This document shows, in pieces, positions 1-13,982 of a stretch of 64,000 nucleotides of DNA. Origin of the DNA: Phoronis australis (Eukaryota; Animalia; Phoronida); assembly GCA_002633005.1 (NCBI GenBank), contig NMRA01000128.1, forward strand, positions 453,711 through 517,710. Reading direction: 5' to 3'. Both the position numbers and the translations under genes were made by a program. A model generated the notes under the pieces. That model worked only from the letters and a program-made list of their open reading frames with translations. It did no database searches and was not told where the DNA came from. The number at the start of each line of letters is the position of its first letter. Positions within the stretch are counted from its first letter, which is position 1.

Positions 1-1082
1 TCTTTTTTCACAAACAATTTTAGTGACTAAAAACAAAATATAGAGTGAGTAGCGCACTTTGGTCACATGACACCGTTTTCCCATTCAGTGACTTTACCAG
101 ACGTAGGGGATCTGAGCGTGTGATAACATCTAGCTTCTTTGTTAACTGCCAAGCACACTCTTTTGTCTGTTATGACAACAGGCAGGCCAATTATCTACCA
201 GGCTTATTACAGACCATGTGTGAACACAGTCAAACCCAGAGTGAATTGGTGTATTCGGAAAGAATAGATTGCCGTAACTTCGGTTGCTGTTGGGCGATTT
301 TGGTGACTCAAAAACTAAACAAGATCACCATTAGACGAAGATTTAAGAAATGCTATTGGTTTATGTTCAAATATGATATAACTTAACTTTTATTTTTAAC
401 AGTACAGCCCAGGCAGGGTAGATACGATCTTATTGGAGATTAGAGCAATTATCGAACAAAAGAGAGCTGGCCCTCCAACCATAAATGCCAGAATGGAGTT
501 AATCAGTCGTGTACGATATTGGCTACAGGGATAAACTTCCGAACTAGTTGTTGGGCTATAAAATCGAACAATTTGGGAGCAACGGGAAAACGCCGTAATG
601 ATTTGTACTAAAAATTGTCTGTGGTAAAAATACAGAAGCAGGCTGGGTGTGGTTGTATTTCATATTTTGTGTGTGGCAAAAGCTTTTGCAATGAGTGGTA
701 AGCGTTGGTCCCCCCTGTCTTTAATATGTGCAAAGAACAGTGTTTTTGAAAATTCTTTAATACTGGGTAACATTATCTCCCTCCCCAATGAACAGCTTTG
801 GCGGGTGCTCTAATCCCAGGAGTGGACCAATCTTAGAAGGTAACCAGTGAATGACTTTTTCACTACCAATTTCCCTACAAAAGGAACATTTTCCAGTTGA
901 ATTCTTTACAGAAGGTTCCTTTTTCCAACAAAACTCTGCAGAAGCATTATCAACAGAATCCATATTTCTAGAAACCGTTGCACAAAAGGTGTAGGCTCCA
1001 TTCTTTACAAAATGACATCTCTTCTTGAGTAATAGTCAGATAGGCGCCTGATTAAAAATGACTTTTAGAACCAGTTACTAAC

Positions 1083-1241
1083 CAGCAGCAGATCCAAGAT
1101 TTTGAGTTGGGGGGAGGGAGGGCAGATAGCCAAGATTTTGGCCATCAGATATTCGCACCCCCGTACTGCCAAATGAAATCTTGGAGAATTTTAGGGGTGG
1201 GGGGAGGGATGTGTCCCTTTCCCCCTTTAAGTCCAGCACTG
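1083..1241 (+). mobile_element. Short MITE, same family as 57360-57517
   Basis: Shared internal sequence GATTTTGAGTT.GGGGG...ACTGCCAAATG.AATCT.GGAGAATTTTAGGGG. Confidence 0.5.
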
Positions 1242-2399
1242 CTACCACTCAAAAACGGGCGTTATTCAGTGGAAGTAACTGGTTCTCATATCAAGGACCA
1301 ACCGACCATACCGACCTCTTCTTGTACATCAAACGCTTAATTGGTTGAAAAGTTAGCTGTACAAAAATCCTTGCGAGGGACTGCGTGTTCCCTAGACGGT
1401 TAGCTATCTGTATCAAAACTATCGTCAATAAAAGTTTAGTACGCAGCTTTGAAAGAAGTCGAAGGCTACGTGTTGCCTACTCCGAACGAAAGCCTGAAAA
1501 GGCCAAGACAAAACTGCCTCCCAGTCCCAGAACCATGTTGGAACTTAATGCACAGATTTACCAACATATCAGACGGTCAATGCACTTCAGTGGATTATCC
1601 TGGACAGACAACTTGGCCGAATTTCTATCACAATATCGCACTTTTGGTATATTTGGTGGTTTTGGATCTACAGAACAGGAGGATGCCATTTTGTGTGTAA
1701 CCACGTGATATGTCATGTGACTCCTTTGGTTCTCAGGCTGGCATGCAGATTTTTGCAAGTTTCCTTCGCGAAACGAAATGTATCGATTACAGTGACACAT
1801 TTTAAAAATGCGCGTTTTTACTTTACCCTATATATCCACAAACGGGCAGGCAGGCACTAGGCGGGCACCAGGCGAGCACTAGGCAGGCTCTAGATAGGCA
1901 GGCAGCCATGGCCAGACACTCAGGCTGACGAGACAGGCAGGCAGGCCGGAGGCAGGCAGCACTGAGGCAGGCAGACACACAGATGGACCGGCGTTGAGCC
2001 AGAGGGTCTTCTCAAGTAATTATAAATACAATGTGTACACAACGACAATATTTACAAATGATAAGTTAAATTAAATTTAAAATAAGTTAAAATTAAAATA
2101 AGTTGCCAGTGGAATTTTACATATTGAAAACTGAAGGTGAGACTGATTCATAACTCAGTTCTCTAGTAAAAGGGATCAATCTTGAATGTTGACTAGTAAA
2201 GAATTCCATAAAGGGATGACCTTAATAATTAAATGAATTTTGACAAGTTCGGAAGTTTACATTTAGGTATAGTTGGTTCCACTCGTTGTTGCACGGGTGG
2301 TCCTTTGATGGACCGTCGTCCGTCAGAGACAAGTCTGAAATTAAACCCGAGATTCGGGTTGGAGCCGAAATCCATTTCGAGTTTTACACATGAGAAGTG

Positions 2400-3460
2400 C
2401 CTGATGGTAAATGACAAGCTTGGGAAAAGTCACTGAACCACTGAGTTAAGATCTTTAAACATATCAGATGATGGTGTTCGAACATGACAATCAAGTAGGC
2501 ACTGACCCTTCCAGCTCTACTTGACCCCATGCGCTTAGTCACCCACTGCAGGAGGCAAAAAGTACCGGCGCCCGAGTCCGAGAGAGACAAAGTGAAGTCC
2601 GAGAAAACGAAACAAAAATCTCCTAAAAAGACAAGAATTCGGCGCGAATGCACAATTCACAGCTCTGGAAGCAGTACTACGTTTTTTAGTCCCCGTTTTT
2701 TTAGTAAGACGGAGATCCACATTCTCAAAATTTCGAGACCTACCGAAGCCGGGCTGCCCGAGTGGGTGCAAGCATGAATAAGTTAAGATAGGATGGACAT
2801 AGCAATTATAAAAAATCAATGAGGATAATGTGTCTAGAAAAGGTCTAAGTCTTCTCAACTGAACAATCTGATACCACACTGTCTACAAGCAAGTGAGATT
2901 GGAAGTTCCAGGAGAGACAGTCGTCAATCTTCAATCCCACTGAGGAGTTTTGCAACAATAGACCAACTTTTTTTATTGAAGTCATCTAAACAAATGTTCA
3001 AACAGTCATTAGCATGGGCGGCGCACCATAGGGGCTGGGGACTATAGCCCCCAATTTATCAGTGCTGCGCCGCCCATGGCCGGGTGCACCACAGAGAGGC
3101 TTTGGGTCACGTTTTCAGTACTGCGCCGCCCATGATTAGACCTGGATTTGTTTTGTCTGGTACCCGCCTTGGTTTTTTCAGTGTTAATATGCATAGCATC
3201 ACGATATCAAGTTTGGTGTTTAACTCATAAACTGATTTAGCATATACGTAGGCCGCAGTATCATCAGCACGATACATGTACATTGAACAATGCTGAGTGA
3301 CCCAAGGTAAATCATGAACATAAGCGGACCCCAATACCTGATAGACCCTTGGGGCACACTGCCAACCCGTTAAGTGGCAATTGTTGGCTTATGGGATATT
3401 ACCAATACTGACTAACTGAGTTCTATCACACAAATAGGTACATAGCAACCATTGAGTTTA
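2400..3460 (-). mobile_element. Decayed LINE (CR1/L2-like) reverse transcriptase fragment, interrupted by small insertions
   Basis: Relic motifs GVPQG.., YVHDLP, YRADDT, LRRLRPFLD...FYNCYVHPIL, RTPSSDMFKDLN, with many stops and frameshifts. Confidence 0.6.
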
Positions 3461-5149
3461 TTATCGTGCCACTGTTGGATATGCACCCTTTGAGGGCCCT
3501 GGCCAAGATATTCACGGTTGTCAGGGTCTCCTTTTTTGCAGCATAGGTCGTCTAAACGCACCTGAAAACGTGCACTTAATCATTCAATGTAAAAATCAAG
3601 AAAATTGGTAAAGTGAAGCTTTTGTGTTGTGTGGATTTTTATATTCAATAAGACAGTTTTGCTGCAAAACTACATTTCCAGAGGCCCCTCTCTGGGTAGT
3701 GATAACGGAGACAAGTGTGACGCTCTATTTTTTCGTTTTTTTTTCTCAGAATTGTATATCACTTGAGAAAAATTGGTGACCTGACAGATAGTATCAATTC
3801 TTCGAATTCGTGATTTTTGTAAACTAATATAGATTTTTTTTCATATTTGGGGGCCCAGCCGTTGAAGTGAGTCATTGATGACATTCAAGTTAGAACCCTT
3901 TTCGTGTTTTTATTGACAAATAGGGACCGCTCACGGAGAGAGGGTCTAATGTTGGACTCGACTACCTCTATTTTATTTTTTTTTGTGAAATCGTACAACC
4001 GATTTTCATGTTGATGAAGATCACTTCTTGTAGGGTCACACGTCGATGGAATGAACTGTTTTCCAAGCTTGGTTGTTTAGCCTTTCTTCTTAAGGCGTCC
4101 CATTGCAGACGGGACGCTCTCTCGGTGGCGCGGTTTGGGAGAATTGTCCCTTTGTCACTCTATACACGTAAATCCGACACTGCCATGTAATTACGAGGGG
4201 AAGCTAAGATTCCAAAGTCATTAAAGAACACATAAAATTCGTGCACAGCTCAGCAGTATCAAGACATTCGTTCCAAACAACCAAAAACGTGAAAAATACA
4301 GTAGGATTGACCGCCATCGAAAAGGTGGAAATTTGAAGAACATGAAGAACTATTTGTGAATTACACAAAAGGACCATTTCTGATGGTTAGTTACAAAATA
4401 ATTTTACTTTTTTCCCATAGTATCACAAGAATAGTACTTCTTTTGAAAATTGTTACTGTGGGTTGTTTGTAAGGAATTCGCACATGTCGAAAAGACTGTC
4501 GAGGCTACGATTTGTGATTGAACGGTGTACTCAATGTACTTGAAAACAAAATTTGGGCGTTTTTGTTTTGAAGTTCATGTTGAAGTACCTCTGAAATGAG
4601 CAAAAAAATACCTTAATACGAATGCCCCACCCCCATGTTGCTTCGGTTACCCGTCAAAAATCTCCGAACATGCCTTCGGAATTTGCTAACAACATTTCGC
4701 TTTGATAAACAAATTCGTTGATTTCTGATTTATACGTTCATGTATCTACGAAAATTTATAGATGAAGATTTATAGATGATTTTTGACAACTAAAAGCTAA
4801 CCTTGTAAGAATTGATGATGTTTTTAGTGAATTTAGTTGCAGCCTGAAGTTGTAAAAACTCTATAATACAATTCCAAAATAGTAAAGTGCACTTAGAGAC
4901 GGAGATCAAAAAAGGAATTAAGTCATTGAATCAAGGTAAACGCATTACTCATGGAATCGGTTGCTGGTTTCTGATTCACATGTTTATGCATCTACGAAAA
5001 TGGATTGATTGATAGATGATTTTTTACAGTTAGACGCTAATCTTATAAGAAATTATGATGCTTAACTGAACTAAGTCGCAAGCTAACATTGGGGAAATTC
5101 GATCTATCATCAGATGGCCAATTAGTAAATAAGTACACTAAACGATTTC

Positions 5150-5694
5150 GACCGGCAGCCCAGAGCACTTAGCATACATGTAGATGAACGAGGTACCAAC
5201 ATCTGACCACGGGAGCATTTAGAGCCCACCTCAGTATGTACAGATAGCTTACCGTGGTTGAGATTTTTTGGGGGTTTCTGCCGGGCACATTCCAGAGTGT
5301 AATTTGTCTGTCATAGGGCATTTAGTGATCTGTGACATGTATTGAATCATGTGGAATTGGTTTTGTGTGGTACCTCGAATGTATGTGGTAGCTCATTTTT
5401 GAGGGGTCCTTTTTTGGTTTCTGTCGGACCCATTCCAGAGTGCAGTTTGTCTGTCATGGGTCATTCGGTGTTGAGAGCGGTACTATTGTTCGTTTTAAAT
5501 CAGTTTTGGCCGGTACCTCAAATATCTAGTCTCACTCATTTTCTGGGCCCTTTGTAAGGCCCCCAGAGGTCACACCCAGAGTGCAGACAACGGCAGACGT
5601 CCATTTCCGTACATACTGAGGTGGACTCTAAATGCTCCCGTGGTCAGATGATGGTACCTCGTTCATCTATGCTAAGTGCTCTGAGGTGCCGGTC
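5150..5694. mobile_element. MITE with about 95-bp terminal inverted repeats (GACCGGCA...)
   Basis: Arms 5150-5243 and about 5605-5694 are reverse complements; TA follows the right end. A related inverted copy starts at 26431. Confidence 0.75.
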
Positions 5695-5737
5695 TAATTT
5701 TTGTCTCAAGGATATTGATGAATGTCGAACAGCTCTA

Positions 5738-6128
5738 CAAAGTGTCCCAAAATTTTCCTCACAATTCAAATGATAATAAATTGTTTATTAACTTAGGAAC
5801 TAAATTAGTGGTTTAAATTTACAAACAGTATACCGAAAAAGAATTTCAAATTTTTAAATAAATCGAATTAAACTCATTGCTCATTAACTTGGAAAGGTTG
5901 TCTTTCTTGGTGTTTTTAGTTTTCAGTGGTACTGTGTCATGAATTTTCTTCTCCAAAAGTTTGCCTGCCATTTCACAGTACAAAGACGGAGCACACGTCA
6001 TGACTGACGCACCCACGTTAGAAATAAAGCGTATCCATGCAGTAAGTCCGCGAAGGATCTCAGGGATCCATGGGAACTGAATTTGAACTCCAGACATTGA
6101 AGTGTGTATAATTTTGGGACACACTCTG
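5738..6128 (-). mobile_element. Tc1/mariner-derived non-autonomous element
   Basis: TA|CAAAGTGTCCCAAAATT ... AATTTTGGGACACACTCTG|TA TIRs with TA flanks. A degenerate RSPDLT.MD.FLWG-like relic is on the minus strand at about 6010-6075. Confidence 0.6.
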
Positions 6129-8050
6129 TATCATTTTCCCCAGCCTCCAGAAAATGGACTACTGGCCGTGTTTCAACAAGGGATTTTGAAACAGCCACAA
6201 ACACTTTTCCAGGGACCTCTGGACCTCACTTTTCAAAAAAAAAATCCTTCAAAGAATGACCACAAGTAAAATGAACTTTTCCCGAAACTGGATCAAAACG
6301 AATCCTGACCTTAGAGGTAGCGCAGACGGATATAGGTACGAGTTAAGCTGCCCATCTCAAGTGAATCGTACCTGAGCAGACCAGCGACTAGCCCAGTTCA
6401 CTGAATTTCGTATTTTCACACTGTCAGATCTCAGCTACAGTTACCTGAGGCAGCTCCCAGCCACCTTCAGTGTGCTGCATGGCCCTAGGCCTATTCTTAC
6501 TGTCCGTGAAATTTTTTTTGTTCACGGTTACTCAAATATGGCGGTATCCGGANGCTAGTTTGGCGAAGTGGCGAAGTCGAATTGGTTTGAACCACCCAAT
6601 AATTTTTACCTTCCCACGCGCCTGATACTATAAGGTGGACGAGATAGTGTTCAGCAGTTTTTTACAGACTCATGATTTAACTGTCCTGAGAAAAGTTACT
6701 AGATATTTAATTAATGCGGAGAAATGTCGAAATGAATTCCTTGAAATGAATTGATTTAGATTTGAAAAATCTTGTACTCTCTATGTATTATATATTTGTA
6801 ATGTGGGCTGGAGGCCTGCTACATGAAATAAACCTATATATGTAGGGAGGGACATGATTTTACTTGCTATTTGGAAAGACTTCATTTTTATGCTTTACAG
6901 CTTCCAACTGTCAACATGTAGTCTGAGGCCAAAATCAGTGAAATAAAATTGCCTGTGCGATTTGCAATAATAACATCATGAATAAAGCACCCCGGCGAGA
7001 TGTCTAAATTAAAACTGTCTCGGACAAGGGAGAATCATAAGTATGCAATATCCTCTACCAGTTCATGACTTGAGTTTTTGCACGATTCTGCTAAAACGAT
7101 GTACGTTGTACTGAGTTGTAAGGGACAATCAGGTGCTGGCGGCTGCTACAGACATCAACCACTTGGTTTTCCACTGACCCCGGCAATTTCCTGCAATCAG
7201 TAAACTATCCATCACCGTTATTGTGCTGCTCTGTCTCGGGAACAAATGTTCACCTTTATTCGAATAATTGGGATCAGAATCGAGAAGACGCCGTGGTGTT
7301 ACCGTTCACGCCTCAGTGTTGACGCGATCGAACTCCCGACCGTGTAGAACTTAACAAATCGTGAGCGAATTCACGAAAGGTACCCCATCGACCTGTTGCA
7401 TGAGAGGCCACAGAACAGTTTTCACTAGTTTTTTTTTCTGGCAACGCACATCAAAAACATATTAGCTAAAACTCGTTTACGACTTCAGTAGGCAGTGTTC
7501 CGAAAGTTGTTTAGGTCTACAAACTCGTATTTTAGTGCGAAAAATGCGATTTCGGTGTTTAAACAGGCACTTTGATTAGCTGACACAAATGGGAACAGAT
7601 GGCTATCTCCGTTGAACTGGGACACAGTATGGCCCACGTAACTGGAGCCATCTTGATTCCCAGGGCTCACGCTATGACGTCAGTGATAGGTATCCGGTGA
7701 TCGACGTGTGACAAGTAAGCTTGAGTTACAAAACATCGTCTTCGGTAGCCAAAGGTAATACTATGTGACGATTTCAGATTACTTGGTGGAATCTGTGATT
7801 AGTTTGATTAACTGCGTCATCGAAACGAAAACTGTCCATATTGTGACCTCGACTAGCGTAAATATTCCTTATTGTCAGATCAACTAATGCGTTGAAATCT
7901 CAAGGACACATCGAATGTTTTTCAGGCGTCATTCGCTTTCGTTTACTCAATGTATGTTTTGAAGGTCTAATAAGTTATGTTTCAAAGATTTTTTTCAACG
8001 AATTACCTATAGGTGTACCATAAAATCTCACATTGCAGTCACTGACAGGT

Positions 8051-8115
8051 GACAGTGTGGTTCTGTGGTTTGAGCTCCGGAATCTTGTTTGGGAGACCCG
8101 GGTTCGAATCTTGGT
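8051..8115 (+). mobile_element. Possible tRNA-derived SINE head
   Basis: A-box-like TGGTTCTGTGG and B-box GGTTCGAATC at Pol III spacing. No convincing cloverleaf. Confidence 0.35.
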
Positions 8116-8399
8116 TTTACTGGCAGACCTAGAGAATGCTATACTCGTCTCCAGTTTATGACATGAGCAAAACCTCTTGGAAATTTCGTCAAAATCCCGA
8201 GGCTTGCAAAGGGATTTTGACGAAATTTCTATATCACCAGTATCTAGTAGAAGGTGCCAGATGGCTTTGCAACGTCGGAAAATATATATTTTATTTCGTT
8301 TCACTTTTTATTAGACCCCCGCCAACATTACATAAATGTGATTACAATGTACATTAATTTGCCAATTTTCAAAAGCCATGGAAATGTCATCTATTGTTC

Positions 8400-9600
8400 G
8401 TAATTGAGTTAAGTATTTTTGTCTGAGATCTGAATACAGTGAACACTCTAGCAGTAAAAGTGTAATTCAGTGTCTACCTTATCTGTTACACATTTACATC
8501 CTGTCCTCTCTATTTATAATCATATGTCTATCTTTTACCACAAGAGAACTTGCGGAACATTTTACACGACAGTTCTATATAAAAATATGTAATTTTCTAC
8601 ATACAATTCCGACTTAACTAATTTGTACACATCTAGATTTTGACTGAAAGCGTTTTCTCTAATTGTGTTAATAACGATATCAACACATCGTAATTTGAAT
8701 TGTTCAATAAATACCGATTCGTTGTCTATCGTCCCTGACTGGGCCAAACAATGCCAGGTCCATTTTGTTCCATCATATCAAATTGTACATGGATAACTCG
8801 AAGAGTCGAAAATATTGTTGTAAGACACTACTCAATCAAAGAATGTAGGTGCATTTTATTTATAGAACTGAAGACCAATGCAAGCTACCAAACGCTTTAC
8901 CTTCTTTCATTTGACTGGAAAACTGATATACGCCTTCTGCAGTAGTGACGTCATTAGTTATGCATTAACGTTCACTGTTATCGTTATCACACACCATTCT
9001 GTTCAAGTTTACTAAACGTTCGACATATAGACACGAATCTAAGGATATATGAATCATCGCTTTCAGCTTCTAAAATTTCATACCACTGGTTTGCACTGAT
9101 ATTTGACAAGCGGTTATATGCACATCTCTTGTATTTCAGCAAACTCCAAAATTCTGTACTATTTTAATGTCTTGATGTTACAAGCAACGCCTTGGTATTT
9201 TCTCTTCATATATAAATATATTTTTAATGTCAGAAGTTATTTATGCTTTCTATCATTTTCTTTGTATAGCTCAGCATCTTAGTATGCGGTACTTCCTCGG
9301 AGAACTGCCCACTTCCTGTTTTCGTGAAGAGCATGCGTGGTTAAACCAGTCATTTTTTGATTCATTAAAATAAACTTTCAATTTAACGATTCCATTCCTA
9401 CTTTTCCCACCATGCGTTCAATCAATGAATGAAAAATCTATACTCCTTCGTCTAGCTTATATTTTTGTAAAATGTTCAAATCGCCAAACTGATCATTTTG
9501 AAAAAGTATTCTCATTTTTAATCTCTTATTCTACTTGACACTTTTATTCATATCTGCTCAATTGATTTGAATTGCTTCATATTCAATCTCACACTCTAAG
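8400..9600 (-). mobile_element. Decayed LINE 3' region
   Basis: AT-rich degenerate coding-like relic (QFKLRC.D, KSELYVENY, ...CSLYSDLRQKYL) typical of LINE ORF2 C-termini; weak. Confidence 0.4.
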
Positions 9601-9639
9601 AACAAGTGGTCTGCATCAACTTGGGAACAGAAACTTTTC

Positions 9640-10520
9640 ACTGAGCATCAACAGTTCTGGTTCACAATATTACAATCAACCACTTGCCTGTATACGTGTA
9701 AATTGACCAATATCTTTTTCTACACCCACTCTGCCATTCAAGGTTCTGAGATTACATGTTCCAAAGATTGGTAAAATACAAATGAGATTGTGAATGGAGC
9801 CCAGGCTGGTGTCCGGAAGGACTACTCTACGGTTGACAATATTTTTGTATTTAACACTCTCATTACTAAATATGTAGGTAGATTTTGCTGTGTGTTTGTA
9901 GATTTTAAAAGGCTTTTGATTGGGCCTGATGTGACTGACTTCGATACAAGTTAATAAAGTATGGTATTAAAGGCAAAATGCTTTGAGTCCTTCAGAATAT
10001 ATGCGAAAGTGTGAAATCCACGGTACAAGTAGATTATGAAGGTTGTGTAACAGATCTTTTTTGATGTAGGTGTGAGGCAGGGTCACCTTTTTGTTATCAC
10101 TTTACTTGAATGACTTGGATCAAGAATTGAAAATGAGTAGTGGTTCTTCTGTTGGCCTGTTTATTGAATTTATAAATGTTTTTGTTTGCTGATGATGTAG
10201 TGATGTTTGTTAACTCTGCAATGTCAATGCAGAGACTAATTGGCCAGTAAAAAAAGGTACACCCAAATACACATATGAGTAAGAATAAAATAATGGTATT
10301 TAGAAATGGAGGATATCTGCGACGGTACGAAAACTGGTTTTAAAGGGTAACAATTAGTTAACACCAAATTACCATTACTTAGGTATCATGTTTACAGTCA
10401 AAGGTATCTGAACATCGGCTCTAAGGAACCTGAAGGAAAAAGCTTGCAAAATCGTATTTATGCCGGCAGATGAGTCCCTTTTCTTTTGTGCCAGTTACAT
10501 TTTGGTTGAAACTGTTCGAA
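9640..10520 (+). mobile_element. Decayed LINE reverse transcriptase fragment
   Basis: QAG.RKDYSTVDNIFVFNTLITKY...CVFVDFK.AFD, GVRQG, FADDVV, KNKIMVFRNGG; frameshifted. Confidence 0.7.
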
Positions 10521-12498
10521 ACAGACTCGATGTATGTACAGATTGTTAAAAATGACCTAGTGTTGAAAGCTTTGTTCAGTTATCGACCTTGGCCAGATTC
10601 AGATATGTTCAATCCAGTTTAATGTCAATAGTTGTAAGAGGAACGAGTACTGTGCAGAAATATAGCCATCGACACTTTTGTGAATATACTGAAAACAAAC
10701 AATAACGGAGTTAAGAAACCTGTCTAAATATGGATTTCGATTAAATTTGGCAAATAGTTTTTTAATAAGGAAATGATCGGCAACGCCATTCCATTTTCGG
10801 ACGGATTTGACTGCTTTTACGTCACCTCGTGGCAATTTTTGTTATTTTTGCGTCGTTTTCTGGCGTCCGCCTCTATCTGCCGAACCACTCAGAAGATCAT
10901 CATGAAAATTTACTGATGTCTTCCCCAGACTATGAAAAGGCCACGATTTTGTTTGCGTCCTTACCCCTTTGAAGGAGCCTTTGGAAGATGTGCTCATATG
11001 GAGCGACGACAAACACTACCGAGTGTCGGTGATGGTCATTTATAAGCGGCTGCTCAATCATGTAATTCTGTTGATTTTACTTTATTTCTGTTTCTGTTGA
11101 CAAAGGACGTTATTACATCCGAAAATTTCAGTTGATCTATTCTTGTTGTTTTAATTACCTATTTATATTCTACATTTCGTGAAACAATAGTATCCTTGGG
11201 AGGATCTGGATCGTCTTATTTAGTTTCAGATTTATTTTCTATGTTGTTTTATGTAATGTAAAAGTAAATTATGAATCTCTGTTTGGTAGTTTGCTTGACC
11301 CGGCAACTGTTTTAGCGCAGAACAAAACTATATCTCTTACCTAAACGCTGTGTTACTCCAACGTTACATGTCTGACAATTCAATAAAAATTGGGTCAAGC
11401 TGATTGTTGACATGGCTGGATTAAAACTTTTTGAATGACGTCTAGGTCACTCATCGTCTCGTTTTTGTTACTCTTTTGATAACAAGGTCCAAAGCAATCG
11501 ACGCACTGGCAAATTATGGTTGTCTTAAGGGGGAGGGGGGGGGGNGTACATTGTCTTGACTGAGTCCCACTGTAAAGAGAGGATCACGACTGCAAGACTA
11601 TCTATGCCAACAACCTTTCATTCCTTCCAATGACACCCAGGGAACACAGCTACACACCACAGATTCTCGAAAGAGGTCGCTGTCGTGGTACACCTCATGT
11701 GCGCATGCATCATCACACAGTGACACCATAGTCTATAATCTATGGTGACACGTAACAAATGCGAAGTCTTGCAGACCCTACTTGCACTATCGTTTTCTTA
11801 TTACGCTCCGCGAGTGCATATTTACCAGAATGGGAGATGTGTCCTAAGGAGTAGGAATCCAACTACAATTTTCGAAGAAAAGTGTCCTCGTAAGACCCCT
11901 CGCTGGTTCCCTGTGTGTTGCCGGACTAGGCACGTAGGCAACCGGCGAGAGTAAGACCCAAGAAATTTAAGGTGTAACCGTTTATTTGGTCTGTTGATGG
12001 AAGGCCCTATAGACTTCTTAAAATCCTCCTATGTACCACAGGCTGAAAAATACGCACTGAGGAACCAGCTCAGTTGGGGTTGTACTTCATGGAAATCAAG
12101 ATGCTTTATAAGTGAACCTAGTTCTTAGGATAATATAGGATGAAATTATGTTGGTTCAGTGGCGGATCTAGGATACCATAAGGGGGGCCCAGCATGTTGC
12201 CTCGGAGAATTGGGCAAAGGGCGATCTGGTATGCGCAGGCAGGGGCTGCCGATGTGGACTCGTTGTTCCCAAAGTACTAAAAAATTCGCGTATGCGGTTA
12301 TTTGTACAATGAATATAAGTCCATGTTTGTACAAACAAGGTTGAGAATAGGTAAAATAGGATGTTTACATTGTACGTAAGGTTTTTGGTACTTTTGAGTC
12401 AAATTTCTCTGAATTTATTGTAGACGTTTGCCAGTTTCTTCAATACAGCGATGAACGATGGCTAGAATGTAGGACTCAAGTCTATCGTCTTCTGAAGA

Positions 12499-12832
12499 AT
12501 GGATGCAAAAGATAAACGTCGACTTCGGTTAAACTATGATTTCCTTCTAGAAAATCTTAGCGACGTGCATAGCATTGCAGTACGCGTAATTTCCAAAACG
12601 GGCACTCGTTCTCTCGACAAAATTACAGGCACCAACAACGAGGAGTGTAAAGCATTTCTGGAATGCTTGCAGAAGATAGAAGGCGGTTATGCAGCATTCT
12701 GTGCGAGCTTAGATGAACTAGAGCTCAGTTGGATAGTGGAGAGATTGGAAGAGACGGACATTAGCCGAGACGACGACCAAACTGTACCAGCGGGACCTTT
12801 GAGGAGAAGTTCATCATACCTTGAATCAAAAC
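12499..12832 (+). CDS. NLR-like/STAND receptor copy 1, coding exon 1: CARD-like death-fold effector domain
   Basis: ATG at 12499. About 90-aa helical domain with a CARD-like pattern (RRLRLNYDFLLENL...FLECLQK..GGYAAFCASLDE...WIVERL). Canonical donor C|GTAAGT at 12833. The 334-nt exon ends in phase 1, matching the acceptor at 17957. Confidence 0.8.
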
Positions 12833-13154
12833 GTAAGTAGCAGTGGTGGATTTATAGGGGGGCCAAGGGGGCCACACACCCCTAAAACCCTCCCAGAGAT
12901 AGCCATTTTAAAACCAATATTTTAGAAAGTAAAAGTAAGTTTTAGATTATTTCAAATGAAGCAAATTACAGACGCAAATTATTACTGTCACTGATCAGCC
13001 CGGTATTGGCTGCCAGCGAAGCTAACTTCACGAGTAATCCGAAAGCCTTGTGTGTCCTAACAACCCAGCAGAATTCACGTACTGATGGTATAGACCCAAT
13101 TCACGCCGACAGGAGGAGCGTTCCACAACGAGGCTCGCTACGACTGGAAATAGC

Positions 13155-13838
13155 GCAGAATGGTGAATGTTGACCAAATCAAAGACGCTACGGTCTCTGA
13201 CCAAATCCCCTTTTGTCCGCTGACGTCACACGCATACTGGCGCCCCCAGTGGAGGCCCTGAGAACTCGTAAATAAGCACGCTGGCGACTGTGATTAAAGT
13301 ATTTTTTATGATTTTTCCAGAGTCGCTATGTTTTAGTGTGTTTTTTAAATAATGTTGCATGTCATACCTCTCAGAAAATTAATATTGTTCCAATAAATTA
13401 AGAAAATTGGAATATTCATTCTCGCGATCTTGCAACACCATCCAAATGTTCTTCTGTGTTACACACGGCAAAGCCAAAATTTATCCCCACGCGAAATAGC
13501 CTTGTTCACGCTCGACTAAAAAGGAATCTTTCAATCATAATTAATTGGTACTTTATCCCATTCATTATTATATACCATGCATTATGTTTTTAGAAAAAAA
13601 AACGATACTCAACGTCCCACAATAAATACAAGTCTGTTCGCCAGCTACCCTCTGACACAGCGTCACCTATACTGTGATAGAGTGTATTCGCCAGCTTGGC
13701 TCGGCCGCTGCTAGGCTTGATACTACCGGGTTCATGAACTCGGTTTATTTACGAGTTCTCAGGGCCTCCACTGGGGGCGACAGTATGCTTGTGACGTTAG
13801 TGGACAAAAGGGGATTTGGCCAACATTCACCATTCTGC
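13155..13838. mobile_element. Foldback/MITE-like element with about 100-120 bp inverted arms
   Basis: GCAGAATGGTGAATGTTG...CGCCCCCAGTGGAGGCCCTGAGAACTCGTAAATAA (13155-13277) is mirrored at 13744-13838. Confidence 0.7.
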
Positions 13839-13982
13839 CTGGATTAGCTCTGTTGGCTTATCGGGACTCTATTCACGAGGCGGACATTAAAATCCAAAGC
13901 GAGGCTCACTGCGATAAACAAAGCGGAAATTCACACTGCGTGAGTTAAATGGCCGGTCTTTGGAGTCCAACCTGAATATTAA

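Noticed and set aside
8051-8115. Functional tRNA gene
   Set aside because: A/B boxes are present but acceptor and anticodon stems cannot be formed convincingly, so it is treated as a SINE-like relic.
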